Shown: positions 26,160 to 40,436, counted from the first letter of the stretch. The stretch is 64,000 nucleotides of DNA from Octopus sinensis (GCF_006345805.1 NC_042997.1:149358001-149422000), one strand, 5' to 3'. The notes: generated by a model from the sequence alone, not told the origin. Numbers and translations are program-made.

Positions 26160-26350
26160 GCACATGACCCGAAATTTGTGGGAAGCGGGGCCAGTGGATC
26201 ATATCGACCCCAGTACGCAACTGGTACTTAATTTATCGATCTCAAAAGGATGAAATTGTAAATCGACCTGGGCGGAATGTGAACTGAGAACGTAAAGATA
26301 GACGAAATATCGATAATCATTTCGCCCGGCATGCAAACGTTTCTGCCACC
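26160..26350 (-). mobile_element. SINE family B
   Basis: gaccccagtacgcaactggtacttaatttatcgatctcaaaaggatgaaa...ggcggaatgtgaactgagaacgtaaag is the reverse complement of the family B core. Confidence 0.85.
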
Positions 26351-26604
26351 TTAATCTGTAAGATATATTACTCCAAATATCTCAGTATGAGAGCTGAGTA
26401 GAAAATTCATAGTCACGTCCACATTATTCAGCTTAAGGCATTGAAATGACCTCCATCAAAACACAACAAAAGTTGTATGCTTCACTGTCATTATTTGGAA
26501 GAAGAAGAGAAACACTGAATTTTTTTATCGAGCTTCTCGAGCACACTCTTAATATGAGCCCCATCTCTCCCGCTCTCATTTTCTCTCACTCCTTCTCACT
26601 CTTC

Positions 26605-26735
26605 CCCTCTCTCTAGATAGATAAATGGATAGATATATGATACATAGACACATAGATGATACATAGATAGGTAGATATTTTGATAGGTAGGTCGATAGAT
26701 AGATACATAGACAGATAGATAGGCAGAAAGATAGA
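26605..26735. repeat. (TAGA)n degenerate tetranucleotide repeat
   Basis: Direct inspection; (TACA)n/(TATG)n tracts also at 2757-2850 and 31900-32105. Confidence 0.9.
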
Positions 26736-26764
26736 CTGTCACATCGATATTATGCTTTTGTATA

Positions 26765-26979
26765 ATCCTTTGACCTCTTTTAGTCATTTGAATTGGCCAT
26801 GCTGGAGCACCACCTTTTGTCGAAAAAATAGCCCCCAGGACTCATTCTTTGTAAACCAACTACATACTCTATCCTTCTCTCATTGCCGAACCACTAGATG
26901 TCGGGGACGTAAAAACACCAACATCGGTTTAAATTGATGGCGGGTAGACATACATAGACACAAATAACAAACACATACA

Positions 26980-27014
<35 letters not shown>

Positions 27015-27175
27015 GAAGGGCTTCTTTCAGTTTCCGTTACCAAATGCACACACAAAGCTTTGGTCAGCCCAAAGCTATAGTAGTAGACACTTACCCAAGG
27101 TGGCAGGCAGTAGAACTGAACCCGGAACCATGTGGTTGGGAAGCAGGCTTCTTATCACCCAGCCACTCTTGTGTA
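26765..27175 (-). mobile_element. SINE family A, near full length, internal (TA)n
   Basis: Homologous to 1392-1797 in the same orientation. Confidence 0.88.
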
Positions 27176-27831
27176 TAAGTACAAATGTCTCTAACCTAGT
27201 AACGAAAATCTGATATTTTAGATACAGGAGTACAAAGGTTTCAGATTATATCTCTCACTCTTTAGTTATGCTTGATGTGCAGCCAACGTTCTACGCAACA
27301 GAATATTTAGGAACAGCAGAGCACGACGCATTTCTCAGAAGCTAACTCATTCACTTCGTTTCATGAAATGCATTCCTATAATAATCCCTTCGAATAATCT
27401 ACTTTTTTACTTCCTAAATCGTATGCGCTATATACATTACTTTCTCCCGATTTAACTCTTTCCCGAGTTCAGAAAATTCAGATTCAATCAACTATACAGC
27501 TCTTCGACAAAACAACTTGCTTTTATCCACTGTAAGAATATTACATTTTATCTATTCAAAATAGACGTAGGTGTCATACACATAACCGGTCAATTTTGAT
27601 TTCCCACCACTGTCCCCGTTACTTTAATGTAGAATGAATGACTGTTCACTGTGCTGAAAATAAAACTGAACAATATATAATATCAAGTAAATCTCTCATT
27701 CCCCATCTCCCGATGCGTTTACTCGTCCATAAAATGAAGTTGCTATGATTAAATCCCGAGCAACGAGGAAATAATTGCCATATGGTTAGGAATATAAAAA
27801 GAGAGTCCGCATATGATTGATAACCCAGTAT

Positions 27832-27923
27832 CTTGTTTGCATGAGAGAAATGGTTCCACCGTTACGAGTGTAGATATCTAAATATCGTTTGCAGACAATC
27901 AATAATGTAAGTGACAACGTATT
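27832..27923 (-). repeat. ~100 bp dispersed repeat, inverted relative to 29568-29668
   Basis: 31 nt exact core: 27872-27902 is the reverse complement of 29588-29618. Confidence 0.9.
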
Positions 27924-29567
27924 CTGAGTTGGTGCATTGTTCCTCGTTTTCTTTGATTTGGATATTTTATAGGGTTAACAGATGCTTGTGTATAAATTGA
28001 CTTGTGTTTCGATAGAAGCCTTTAGGATAGAATAAGCGAAGAGGATTTAACGTCGTAGAAATCTGAAAGATGTTGGAGAAAAGATGTATACATTCGTAAC
28101 ATTGTTTATATATCATAGGAACTGCACGTAAACGAGATTGGAATGAGGAAAAAGCTAGTGAGAGATAAACCGATGCCAAAGTGGCTGATAAGTAACCCAA
28201 TACACAGATGCTAGATGCAAAATTATAAACAAAAACAAAATAATAAAAACAAACAAGCGTTAAGTGAAAAGTATTAAAATGTAATCGCTTCATGTCAAGG
28301 AAGTTAGAGAGAGACATTGAGTACGCGATTGTAAGAGATAGCATTAGACTGCGGAGGGGAGAGACAAATAGTGGGCGTTAAACGTGTATGATAAGCTATG
28401 AAAGAATTACACTGTTTTAAAATAAAGTTATTTGGTGATTTACGGCTCGATGTTAAAGGTCATGCGTCAGGAGTGGAACGTAAAAAGATTAAAATTTAGA
28501 AGAAACGTCTTTTTCTTGTTTTACAGTTAGAAAAAAACTGGGTTTGAAGAAAACTTATATCATTTTGGAGATAAGAGAATAGTTTAACGAATATATATGA
28601 AAAGAAAAAAGTAAAATTTATCTAACACAGAAATGTAGCAAAATGTAACACGCAGTGGAACAATAAAACTAAACATTCTTCGTTCTTAATGTCACTTGTG
28701 CTATTTGTCGGAATTCTCTTTGATTTATCTTTGCATTTTTTTTCTTTTTTGTTAAAAGAAAACGACACATATTAATAGTGGACGTTGTTGACGCTTCGTT
28801 CCACATCAACACCGATGCGGTAAATATATGACCATAGACATTCTCACCGTAACCATCATTCCTTTATGAGTTCTATGGAACCGCGTCATTCAATACCTCC
28901 TTTAAGAGGCACGATTTGATCTAAGGAATATTTGGTTGTTATTTCTAAAATGTCAAGCGACTATATAAACAGCCCTTAGTTGGCTTGTGCTCCGAGATGC
29001 GGTCTCGAATAATCAGAAGTCTGAATTCGCAGACTTCCAGGAGTTAATTTGATATTCTAAGGTAAATGTTATAGAGTACCTGTGAAGAACTGATGATCTA
29101 TTCACTCAGCAGTAGTTACCTCCTCACATATAGATAGGTACTTGAGCCAACGTAAAACATTAATAGTGATCAAGATGATGACGATGATGATGACGATGAT
29201 GATAATAATGATGATGATGATGATAGCGGTTTCTTAAAAAATTCTCTGTATTCAAAGCCTGAATTGTCGTGTGACTCGATAAAACGCTAATTTCGCTATT
29301 TTATCAGTTTATTTGCATGTCGTACGAACAGTTCATTTATGTGTATTACCCATGCGAGACAACAAATGAGCTAAATGATTAGAACGATGAATAAATTGTA
29401 TTAATGTATTTGTTCTCATGTTCTATGCTGTAGGTACAAATACTGCCGAAGTCGATATTATCATTCATTCATGTCGAGTCGAAAATAAAGTATCAATCCA
29501 TGATAGTGAAGGGAAATCTTAAAGGTACGGGCGAAGTGTATAGTGGTACGTGTAATACAAACACCGA

Positions 29568-29950
29568 GTACGCTGTCACTTGCAGTGTTGATTGTCTGCA
29601 AACGATATTTAGATATCTGTATTCGTGATGATATAACCACTTCTCGCATGCAAACAAGATACCAGGTTCCCAACTGCACAGGTTCCCAACTTCACGGGTT
29701 CCCAACTGCATCCAACTTGCTCTCTCTCTGTCTGATAACGCCCATGGTTTATAGAAGAGAGACTTGCAAGCTTTGGCAAGTTCATAAAAACTGTTGCCCA
29801 GTCTTGCACCTTGGTTAGGAAGTGTTTAAAGGAAGAAACCCATGGTTCACCCGTGAACAAAAGGAGTCCTAGAAAGTGCAAGCATACAACATCAGTCTCT
29901 GATGATCGCTTTGCAAATTTTCGAAAATTTACTTCCTTAGTTACCTTTGG
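29568..29950 (+). mobile_element. Tc1-like transposon remnant: ~100 bp repeat, 3x16 bp tandem, transposase N-terminal fragment
   Basis: ggttcccaactgcaca x3 at 29665-29712; LVRKCLKEETHGSPVNKRSPRKCKHTTSVSDDRF resembles the Tc1 etG...RxGRPrkT...dDR region. Confidence 0.55.
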
Positions 29951-30367
29951 TCTGCCTTCATCCGGATTGAGTGTGTGTCTGATAGATCTGGCTTACAGCG
30001 AGCCCATTTAGCAGACACAACCAATTTTAAATAAAAAGATATTCAGACGGATGACTGTCTTATTCTCTACGCTGACTTGGCCTGAGAGCGAGGTATCAAG
30101 AAACTCTTAGTATATGTGTCACTCACAAGCAGTGAAAACGTTATATTCTGTCTTATAGTCTACCATCGAACATATTCACTCGTTTGTTGATATTAAAATC
30201 GCTGCCCTTACACCAAGAATACCAGGAGTATCAACATAATGAAATATGATATAACAAACGAAAAAACAGTATTTCGCATGTAGCAACCCATCAATAAATC
30301 TCTATACACATACTCAACATCACAATCTCGCAAGCTGGCTGACTATCTACCTATATATATGTATATA

Positions 30368-30772
30368 GGCGCAGGAGTGGCTCTGTGGTAAGTAGCTTGC
30401 TAACAAACCACATGGTTCCGGGTTCAGTCCCACTGCGTGGCATCTTGGGCAAGTGTCTTCTGCTATAGCCCCGGGCCGACCAATGCCTTGTGAGTGGATT
30501 TGGTTGACGGAAACTGAAAGATGCCTGTCGTATATATGTATATATATGTGTGTGTGGGGGGGTTGTGTGTCTGTGTTTGTCCCCCTAGCATTGCTTGGCA
30601 ACCGATGCTGGTGTGTTTACGTCCCTGTCACTTCGCTGTTCGGCAAAAGAGACCGATAGAATAAGTACTGGACTTACAAAGAATAAGTCCCGGGGTCGAT
30701 TTGCTCGACTAAAGGCGGTGCTCGAGCACAGTCGCAGTCAAATGACTGAAACAAGTAAAAGAGTAAAGAGTA
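30368..30772 (+). mobile_element. SINE family A, full length with 13 bp TSD
   Basis: ggcgcaggagtggctctgtggtaagtagcttgc...gggttcagtcccactgcgtggc (A/B-box-like head) to the gaaacaagtaaaagagtaaagag tail; atatatgtatata at 30355-30367 and 30773-30785. Confidence 0.93.
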
Positions 30773-30830
30773 ATATATGTATATATATATATCAATACAC
30801 ATGCACACACACGCAAACACACATATATAT

Positions 30831-31030
30831 TAACTCCGTCCGGGTTGCGGATCCGTGGAACAAGCTGCCAGACGAGATGGTGAAGATGCCGACGACCGCT
30901 TTGTTCAAAGCCTCCCTTGACCTCAAGTAGCCTGAACTCTTTACATGAACACCACCCTGTACTTAACTCCATGTCCCCCTACATGGCCTTGCTATATGCT
31001 TTTGAGCCAAATTAACTAACTAACTAACAT
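30831..31030 (+). mobile_element. CR1-type LINE 3' end
   Basis: SVRVADPWNKLPDEMVKMPTTALFKASLDLK (the RV..WN.LP...FK..LD C-terminal motif), short UTR and (TAAC)n tail. Confidence 0.88.
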
Positions 31031-31418
31031 TAATATAAACGCCGCTGGCACACCTACGCGAAAACAAAAGAAAAATGGTTGAAGAGGACATAAATGAGAC
31101 GTGGTACTTCAATAGTAGCATTAAAATTGTCATTCGGATTTGAATTATTAAAAGTTTTAACGACGCAAAACTAACAAGAATCGATTCGAATCTTTAACAC
31201 ATGACCTCTATTACACAATAATATATATTCAATGTTAGATATTCGCAAATACACAAGGATATCATGTGTTATTGAACATTAATTTACTTTAATATGGTTT
31301 GCGTCTAGATATTGCTTTTGCGTAGCCTCTGAATACATCTGTAATTCACATGGGGTACGAGAGTAGATAGAGTTATCTAGCTTATCCAATTAAAAATACA
31401 ATCGTATTTCAAATGATA

Positions 31419-31800
31419 GGCGCAGGCGTGGCTGTGTGTTAAGAAACTTGCTTTCCAACCACATGATTCTGGGTTCAGTCCCACTGCGTGGCACCTTCTA
31501 CTATAGCCTCGAGCCGACCAAAGCTTTGTGAGTGGATTTCGTTGGCGGAAACTGAACGAGGCCCGTCGTATATACATATATATGTGTGTGTGTGTCTGTG
31601 TTTTTCCCTTACTACCACTTGACAACCGATGTTGGTATGTTTACATCCCCGTAACTTAGTAGTTCAGCAAAAGACCGCTAAAATAAGTATCAGGCTTAGA
31701 AAATAAGTACTGAGGTGAATACCTTCGACCAAAATTTATCCAAGGTGATGCCGCAACAAGGCCGCAGTCTAATTACTGAAACAACGAAAAGATGAAAGAT
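31419..31800 (+). mobile_element. SINE family A, full length
   Basis: ggcgcaggcgtggctgtgtgttaagaaacttgc...; colinear with the 30368 copy. Confidence 0.92.
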
Positions 31801-33089
31801 GCATGATAGAATATAAACATATCTAACACGTGCAGCTATCTTTTTGTTTATTCACTCTTATACCACACTTGCAGAAGCCGTACATACAGATAGCACATTT
31901 GTATATGTATGTATGTATGTATTTATGTATGTATGTATGTATGTATGTATGTGTGTATGTATGTATGTATGTATGTGTGTGTGTATGTATGTTTGTATGT
32001 ATGTATGTATGTATGTATGAATGTATGTATTTACTCATGTATATATGTATTTATGTATGTATTTATGTATGTATGCGTATATTTATGTATGTGTGTATGT
32101 ATGTATTTGAAAAATGTTTCAGTATTTTATGCTTAACATGTTGAATGTTGTAAGAACGCAATGCATTAACTACAGCCACTAATAATATGCTTAAAGTTGC
32201 ATCGTATATTGACCTTACATTAACACTGAATATTCGTGACTATAAAAATGTGTTTTTAGTAACTCACTTTTCTCTTGCCAGTCGTTTCATAACTTTCAGA
32301 TTCAGCCAATTGCAATATGTGAAATTACTACAGCCAAAGCTAAATGCTAGTTTGTACACCGGTTTTACTATTATGTAACACTTAGCTGAAACAACAAGTA
32401 ATAATGATTCCTTACAATGGTCGAATATATAGATAATAGAAGCGTCTGTAATGCTTGCATAAGATGAGTGACAGTCAAATTCGATATCACTGTGGAGGAG
32501 AAAAGAAACTAAATATTATTTGTGCTTCTCCAGATGCCTTGAACACAAATTATATAGAAACGCAACCAGATGTTTTATTGTGAAATTTATATTTTCGTCT
32601 CTCTTCATCCTTCTTTCTACTATATGTTGTCTTTTCTCAATTGCGTAATAACCGATTGATTTCCAGTCTCATGCTATTTATGTCTGTATTTCCACAGATT
32701 ATTAGTTATGCTCTCCAGATTTCTTCTACGTTTCACTTCTTACATAACACGCACATATCATTTACTGGCAGTGGAATACGGAAGAATATAAGAGCGGAGC
32801 AGCAGTGGATGAACTATAGAGAGAATGAGAGACGTGTGAGAGAAAAGCGAAAAGGAAAGCAAAAATAAATCCCTGGCTAGTATTGGAATAAAATAAGAGC
32901 TACAAGGTTGAAACGGCCATAGTTACGTTTTCATGGTCTGGCGCGTTCTAGGATAATAATGAAAAATTCGTGCTACTATAAAAAATTTCAAGTGAAATGA
33001 ACTTAGGCATTGCTCGGTATTATTCTGCTTTGGTGCTGTTGAAGAGACTTCAAATTGTAATGATTTTATGTTTGCAGATGTAGAAAAGA

Positions 33090-33560
33090 AGAAACCACAT
33101 TGCAAGCTTTATGTAGCAAAGAATGTTTGAAGACTACTAAACTCGTATATATCTTGTGGTAGAAATAACTGGTTTTTGACTTGATGAACCCATTGAACCA
33201 CGTATCTCTGTAACTTCTATAAAGCGACCGATGCTGTAATAGTCTGAAGGCGCTATATGTCGAGAATACGGTGAGTTCGGTAGAAATCTTCAACTGTCAT
33301 CTTGAACAGCATTTTGACGACAGTGATGACATCACGAGAACATCCCATTTAAATCGTCCAGTTTCCCGGTGGAGTGGCGTCAGTCCTCTTGGATGAGCTC
33401 ACTTAATCTATCCATATTGCACTAATCCTGTCGTGTGGAACGCAAGGAATCTGTGATGCCAAATTTCCCCTCCTTGATATGTAAACACTACTTCTGCGCA
33501 GTTCTTATAGAAATAACATCTTTCTTCCGTACACGGCTTAGTACCTCGAGTGGTCCGTCA
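33090..33560 (-). pseudogene. Decayed, internally deleted mariner transposase
   Basis: MDRLSELIQED*RHS...FLPNSPYSRHIAPSDYY (decayed PYSPDLAPSDY)...TWFNGFIKSKTSYFYHKIYTSLV. Confidence 0.65.
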
Positions 33561-33829
33561 GGTTTAGCAAAATCATTGTGAAAAAAGAAAAGTAGATATT
33601 GAAAATGCTCATTTTTCTTGCACGGCGCTCTGGCGTAACATGTCTTAAAAGGTGTACAATTTATTCAAGCTTTAAAAACGATAAAGGTAATGTTGTAGAA
33701 GAGGAATTGAGCTAGTAGTCAACATTAAAATAATGTAAAAATGAGACTAGGAATAAAGCATATTTTCTGTTAGTTTAAATAGCTGAATAGAAACGAAAGA
33801 ATTCACATAACAAAGGCAATAAATATGTT

Positions 33830-34477
<648 letters not shown>

Positions 34478-34816
34478 TTATGATATCTACGCAGCTGAAA
34501 TCCAGGAGATCCCACAAATTACATTAATTCATATGGAATAAATAAAGTATAACAGGAGTTATGTGAGGTGAATATATTCATTGAATCATTTGTCGTCCTT
34601 GGGATTACGACCGTTTCGTACGGATGTTAGCAGCATAAAACTTTATATTATATTCCTCTGTATTGAATTCCTATGTGGTTGGGTAGCCAGATTCAATATG
34701 GAGGGTTCGTGATAGCCACGTTATTCTTATGTACATCTACTCAAACATTCAGGTTGGTATTCCTAATATTGCATTGGGAGAATGTTTTTAATTACTATAG
34801 TTGTTTTCCTTTCCAG

Positions 34817-34902
34817 ATATGGAATTCAGCTCAGTTGCCAACAGGACGTCTTCACCTGATAGAGTGGTCAAAATGCGGCCTTATGAGACTAGAACCGAAT
34901 AA
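34817..34902 (+). CDS. Candidate terminal coding exon
   Basis: Strong acceptor gttgttttcctttccag| followed by xMEFSSVANRTSSPDRVVKMRPYETRTE*; no homology recognised. Confidence 0.3.
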
Positions 34903-35528
34903 GGGGAATCTTTTTCAATTTCACTCTTGTTTCTACCTATCACATTTTACATTGTCCGCGATAGAATGGGCGTGGAGCCATAATGGTGTCTGAGTATCTC
35001 TCTCTTAAATTCATACGCAAGGAAATATCTTTCAGCTATAAAGCTGTGAACTACAGAAGTCTCTACCTGAAATTTTGTAGCTCTAAGTTTTTAGGTAAGC
35101 ACATTCTGTATGCATGTATTTTCAACTTCTCTGTTTAATTTATTGTCTCTCATAGTTGCTGTATGTACATAATCTTATATATGCTTTGTAGAAAACATAG
35201 CACATGTAGAACTTTGTACACAAAACATACAGCCTTCTGTCTTGTTTTTCTTTATCTCTGCACCAAGTGACATTGACTTCGAAGCTCTTATTTTACTTAG
35301 TTGACTTTCTCTTCGATTCTTAAACAATTTGCTAGTTTATCTCTTTGAAATATGCATTGTAATCTAATTTCGTTCCAATGATTGGAATCGTTATGCAATA
35401 CTTTCGAAATTATTTCCGTTATCGTTTGCCTCTAAATTTTAATACAGCAATTGCATTGTAGTTATTTTGTCTAGATTTTTCTATAGGATCTGTTTGTGTA
35501 TATATTGTATTTACTTAACAAAACCGAA

Positions 35529-35565
<37 letters not shown>

Positions 35566-35578
35566 CTATGCTAGCACG

Positions 35579-35628
<50 letters not shown>

Positions 35629-36030
35629 ATATCCGTTGTTGAGCAACAATCTGCAGAATTGCTCAACGCAAACGTTGGACCGGATTAAATACTCAGATTT
35701 TTGTTTGTTTTGCATATATCCTATGGCAGTAGATTTATAAACAACGCTAATTAAGCTATAAAAGAAAACAAAATTTATCGATTTTCAAATCTTATTGGAT
35801 TCTCATAAGAGGCGTTTAAATCAATTTTACCAGTTCCGGAGAAACAACCTGTCAACCTGTTTACATTCTCAACAATTTCTGTAGCTACAGGAAGCTGTTG
35901 ATACAAATTTGCATATCGTCCTTCATTGAACTGCGGATACGCTGCTACACATTATTTTATCCGTGTCTTATACCAAACTGCTAGCCAATGGTGATGTAAA
36001 CAAACTTCCATTTCTCCACAATTATTTAAT

Positions 36031-36133
36031 CGGCCCGGGCCATAGTAGCATCACTTGCTAAAGATACCACATACTGGACTGAATCCAGAACCATGTGGCT
36101 GGGTAACAAACTTCTTACTACACAGCTACGCCT
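36031..36133 (-). mobile_element. SINE family A, head fragment
   Basis: ggactgaatccagaaccatgtggctgggtaacaaacttcttactacacagctacgcct. Confidence 0.75.
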
Positions 36134-36470
36134 CGTCAGCTAATTTTATATTTAATGAAGTATTAAACAATCATCCACTTCCTTGCCCTTTTCCATGCAA
36201 TGGTGCCTACCTCTACTAAATCATAAAAGCCTGTTAGCCATCATTTCGCGTTCAAAATTAAAAGCCATATAGAAATCCTTCCATGCATCATGTTTATCCT
36301 AGAGAAATCCAGATTAAACACCACCAGTCTTGGAGCCTTTGCAAAGCTCATTGGATCAGTTCTTATCTTTCTCGCAAGATGACTTCCACATAACCAGTTC
36401 ACACCACGGAAGTGAACTGGATGTGAGGGAAAAAGTATTAAGATATGATAGACACTTATACGCATACATG

Positions 36471-37717
36471 TATCAGGTTGAGTAAAAAGTAAGCAACATT
36501 TTGAAGTATGAAGAATTTGCACCGGATTTTTGCAGAGTTTTGAATTTTATAGAACATTTTTTTTGCAATTATCTGATAATACAAACATAGATTTGCCCAA
36601 CTGCATCAATAAATTTACATTGATATTTTTTCACCGTTGTTACAATAATCTGAAATGGAACAGTCAAAGCGCGATATTCAAAAAAGGACGTAAAGCAGCT
36701 GAAACTGCTCACAATATCAACGAAACGTTTGGTGAGGAGATGACCAGTGACTGGTCAACTCCAAAATGATTTCGCTGTGGAGACCTGAGCCTTTTTGTTA
36801 AGTAAATCGTGAGCGTAGTGGACGCCCATCTGTCATTGATGCCTGTCAATTAAAGACCGTCATTGAGAAAAATCGACGTAAAACCATTTGAAAACTGGCA
36901 AAAGAACTTCAAGTTAGCCAGAAAACTGCCTGCAACCGCTTGCATGCGATCGGAAAATGTAAAAAGTCGACAAGTGGGTACCACACGATCTGAATGAAAA
37001 TCAGAAAACGTACAATTATGAAATTTTGTCATCGTTTCTTTACCAAACCGATCCATTTCTCGACTGTATTGTATCTTGCGATGAAAAGTGGATTCTGTAC
37101 AATAATTAAAAAAAAACGTTCTTCGCCGTGGTTCGATCAAAATGAAGCATCGAGAATCTTCGCTGAACCCGAGCTCTTAAACAAAAAAGGTTATGAGGAT
37201 TGTTTGGAGGTATACTGCTGGACTCATCCGCTATAACTTCGTAAAACTCGGAAAAACTATTACTAAAGAAACATATTGCCAAAATGAACGAAATACTGCT
37301 ACTCCGTCCCAGACTGGTCAACAGAAGAGAGCCAATCATTCTTCATGGCAATGCTCAATTACAGGTTTTCGTAAGGACGCTCTAGACGTTAAGTGAACTT
37401 GGCTACAAAATTCTTCCCTACCGACCTTATTCCCAGACCTTTTTCCTACGGACTACCACTATTTCAATTAGCTTAATTGTTTCCTGCGAGAGGAGGAGTT
37501 CAAAAATCAAAGTGAATCTGAGAGTGCGTTCAAAGAGTTCATCAGCTCCAGAACTCCAGAGTCTTCTATTAGCGGAATAAACAAACTTGTAACTCGTTGG
37601 TAAAAACATATTGATTGCAACAGTACTTACTTTGATGAATAAAATTTCTGCATTGTTGAAATATATTGTGATGAATTTCCTGTTTCAAAAGTTGCTTACT
37701 TTTCACTCAGCTTGATA
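36471..37717 (+). mobile_element. Full-length mariner transposon, transposase inactivated
   Basis: TIRs tatcaggttgagtaaaaagtaagcaac (36471-36497) and gttgcttacttttcactcagcttgata (37691-37717), 24/27 match including the TA TSD; frames give KGRKAAETAHNINETFG, KWVPH, CDEKWILY and a PYSPDL-like motif, with many stops and frameshifts. Confidence 0.95.
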
Positions 37718-38346
37718 TATGTCTATATGTATGTATTTGTCCTACCTACACTTGTAATTCTGTAACGCTACGATTCTATGTGTATGTCAAAGTTTATATA
37801 CGTATATTACAGTTTGTTTCGGTGAGAGCGTTAGTGTGTATATATATACGTTTATAAATGGTTCTGTAAATAGAATTCTGGAACCACAAATATCTTATAT
37901 AGCCATTGTATTTGACAGAATGGATAACAAATTGGATGGCAAATTATTTTTCCTTCACCGTACAGAGCTTAACCAAAAACAGATAACAAATTATTATTTT
38001 TTTCTTCTCCGCTTCATATGTAAACGCAACTAACATTTCTCTCAGGTTTGATGAAATAAACTAGCAGGTCAGTTGCATGGTATTAATGATGGGAAAGTGA
38101 CGTAGCAAAATCTGTTGTTCGTTGATGAGGAGCCAGCTGGCTTAAAATGTCATGTTTCAAAACCTTCCTTGTAGAGTCTACGTAAAAGACAATCAAATTC
38201 CAAATGGCCATGCATACATATACAAACACAAACAAAAACACATACACGCATACAAAAAAACAGGCACGCACACAAACACATACACACACACACAATAAAA
38301 AAAATATATATCTAATATGTATATATAATTTAGTATATGTGTGTGT

Positions 38347-38387
<41 letters not shown>

Positions 38388-39574
38388 GAGAGAAAGAGAG
38401 AGAGAGGGGGGAAGAGAGAGAAAGAAAGAGAGAGAGAAAAGAGAGGCATGAAATTTGACAAGCTAATGTTGGTGTTGCCATCCACGGCTGATTCGGAGTA
38501 AGAGACGGAGAGAAAGAGAGTTTGCTAAGGAATAGAAGAGAAGGAGAAATTTCCCTTAAGAGAGGAGAACCGTTCTGCCAAACTTATATTTTACTTTATT
38601 ATTATACGAGGTATTTTTCTTAAGAGTGAAAAAATATAAGAAATAATATTTCCGTATAATTAATTTTTTCTTCATTTTGGGTGACCAAGTATCTGCATAT
38701 CACGTTATTTCGATCTTATATGAGTATATGTACGCATATCCAAATATATTATTTCCGAGCAATCTAGTGGTGATGATATTGGAAAATGGTCTTCTAGAGA
38801 TTATATGGCAAAAAATCACACGTAATATTTAGAAGAAACACCGATAAGGTGCTTCTACAAACGACCAGAAGAAGTGTTTCAAAGACGAGAAGGGACTTTC
38901 TTTATACTAAATCACTACACCACACGATGAGAATGTATATTATATGCAGCTCTATCGGAATTGGCCACAATGGCGTGATGTTCCTGCTAAGTGATCTGAC
39001 GGAAGTCAAAAAGGGAAATTCTACTGACAGTGTAAGAGATGTTGTCCGATTTTATGGAATTCGTCAGAAATAAATTGTAGACATCAACTGGAAATATTAC
39101 TGGTCCAAAGAAACTTTCAGACTTGGCAAGTAAAAAAGTTTTCTTCGAAAATGTAGTAATGGTAGGAATTATTTAACAGAAGAATACAGTCATCTTACAG
39201 TCTTAAAGATTGCTCGTGTGCACGTTGTGACTGTATCTGTAATTCCATATAATGAATTATTTCGAAGGTCGTATCCAGTGCATGTAGCTCAGCACATTGA
39301 GTTTTAGATATTTTCTCCTTTTTAGCATTTAACGTTATAATATATTATTAAATTACGTTTAGTGACTAATACATATTTTTTAATGTTATTTTTGTTATAT
39401 TAGCAGCTGACCATATTATCAGCTGAGTTCTTTTTGTAGGTCACAATAAGTGATTTTAGAAAGAATTTTCTTTTATTTATAACAGGCCGGGACTGACGAC
39501 GCATAAATTTGCGATGTAATTTCGTCCGCATTCACATCGATTTTAGCAAGAAGAGAAAGTGATTACGGTATAGG

Positions 39575-39745
39575 AGGACGCGTGGCCTTATTGTTGGATA
39601 TATGTTCACAGGCTCGTGGTTTTGAATACTGAAAACTGCGGCGTTTTGCGTTCTTCCTCAAAATACTTTATTTCACGCAGTTCAACCCACTCAACTGGAA
39701 ATAGATACCAACAGCAGCTGGGAGTTAACTGTATGGAAGTCTGGT
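39575..39745 (+). mobile_element. Old tRNA-derived SINE (third family), decayed
   Basis: ggacgcgtggcctta...ggctcgtggttttgaatac...gcgttcttcctcaaaatactt...ccactcaactggaaatagatacc resembles a tRNA head plus a ccactcagctg.aaatgggtacc core. Confidence 0.45.
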
Positions 39746-40381
39746 GTGTTGTACCAGTTGACAGTATTGAGCTCTCTGTCAATTGAAAGATATGGAAAAG
39801 AGATTATATTTGACCTAATGAGCCTGCATACATGTGACAGATCTGAGACTTAATGAATCATGTAAATAATAAAATGTAACGCATCGTTATATTTTGCGCA
39901 TAAGCAGCAAAATAAGTTTCATCTTTGATTATCGGATTGTTGAAGAATATTTCAGAAGTTTCCTTGTCATAGGAAGTGATCATCAATCATTTGGGCTAAA
40001 CTCTTTCATTCTACAAGTATTTAGTGGTGGATATTGTTCTTCTAGCCGTAAATTATGAAAATACTCACGATAACCATGTTTTAGATTTTATTATTTATAA
40101 TTACTTTATTATCTATAATGAAGATGTGGATGGTAATGATTCATATACTGGTAGTGATGATAATGATAACGGGGAAGATGGGAAGAAAAAGAGAAGGTGG
40201 CAGAAAAAAATGTCAAAAGTGATAATGATCATGATGCCAAACACATTAATCAACTCATTAATCGTCGGGATAATGTATGTAATTATGTTTTTTTTATTCA
40301 ATTTCAAATAGTTTAATGTTCATCTTATTTATAAAAGCTTTATCATTACCGTAAAGTTTTATAACGAAATATTGCGGAGCA

Positions 40382-40436
<55 letters not shown>

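Noticed and set aside
29665-29712. 3x16 bp repeat as a CRISPR-like array
   Set aside because: No unique spacers, too short, eukaryotic context and no cas genes; it is a simple tandem repeat in a transposon relic.
30368-30445. SINE heads as tRNA genes
   Set aside because: A/B-box-like but no cloverleaf completion, and they continue into SINE bodies.
38980-39110. Possible pogo/Tigger HTH fragment (EVKKGNS...FYGI)
   Set aside because: Similarity is weak and no DDE domain or TIR was found.
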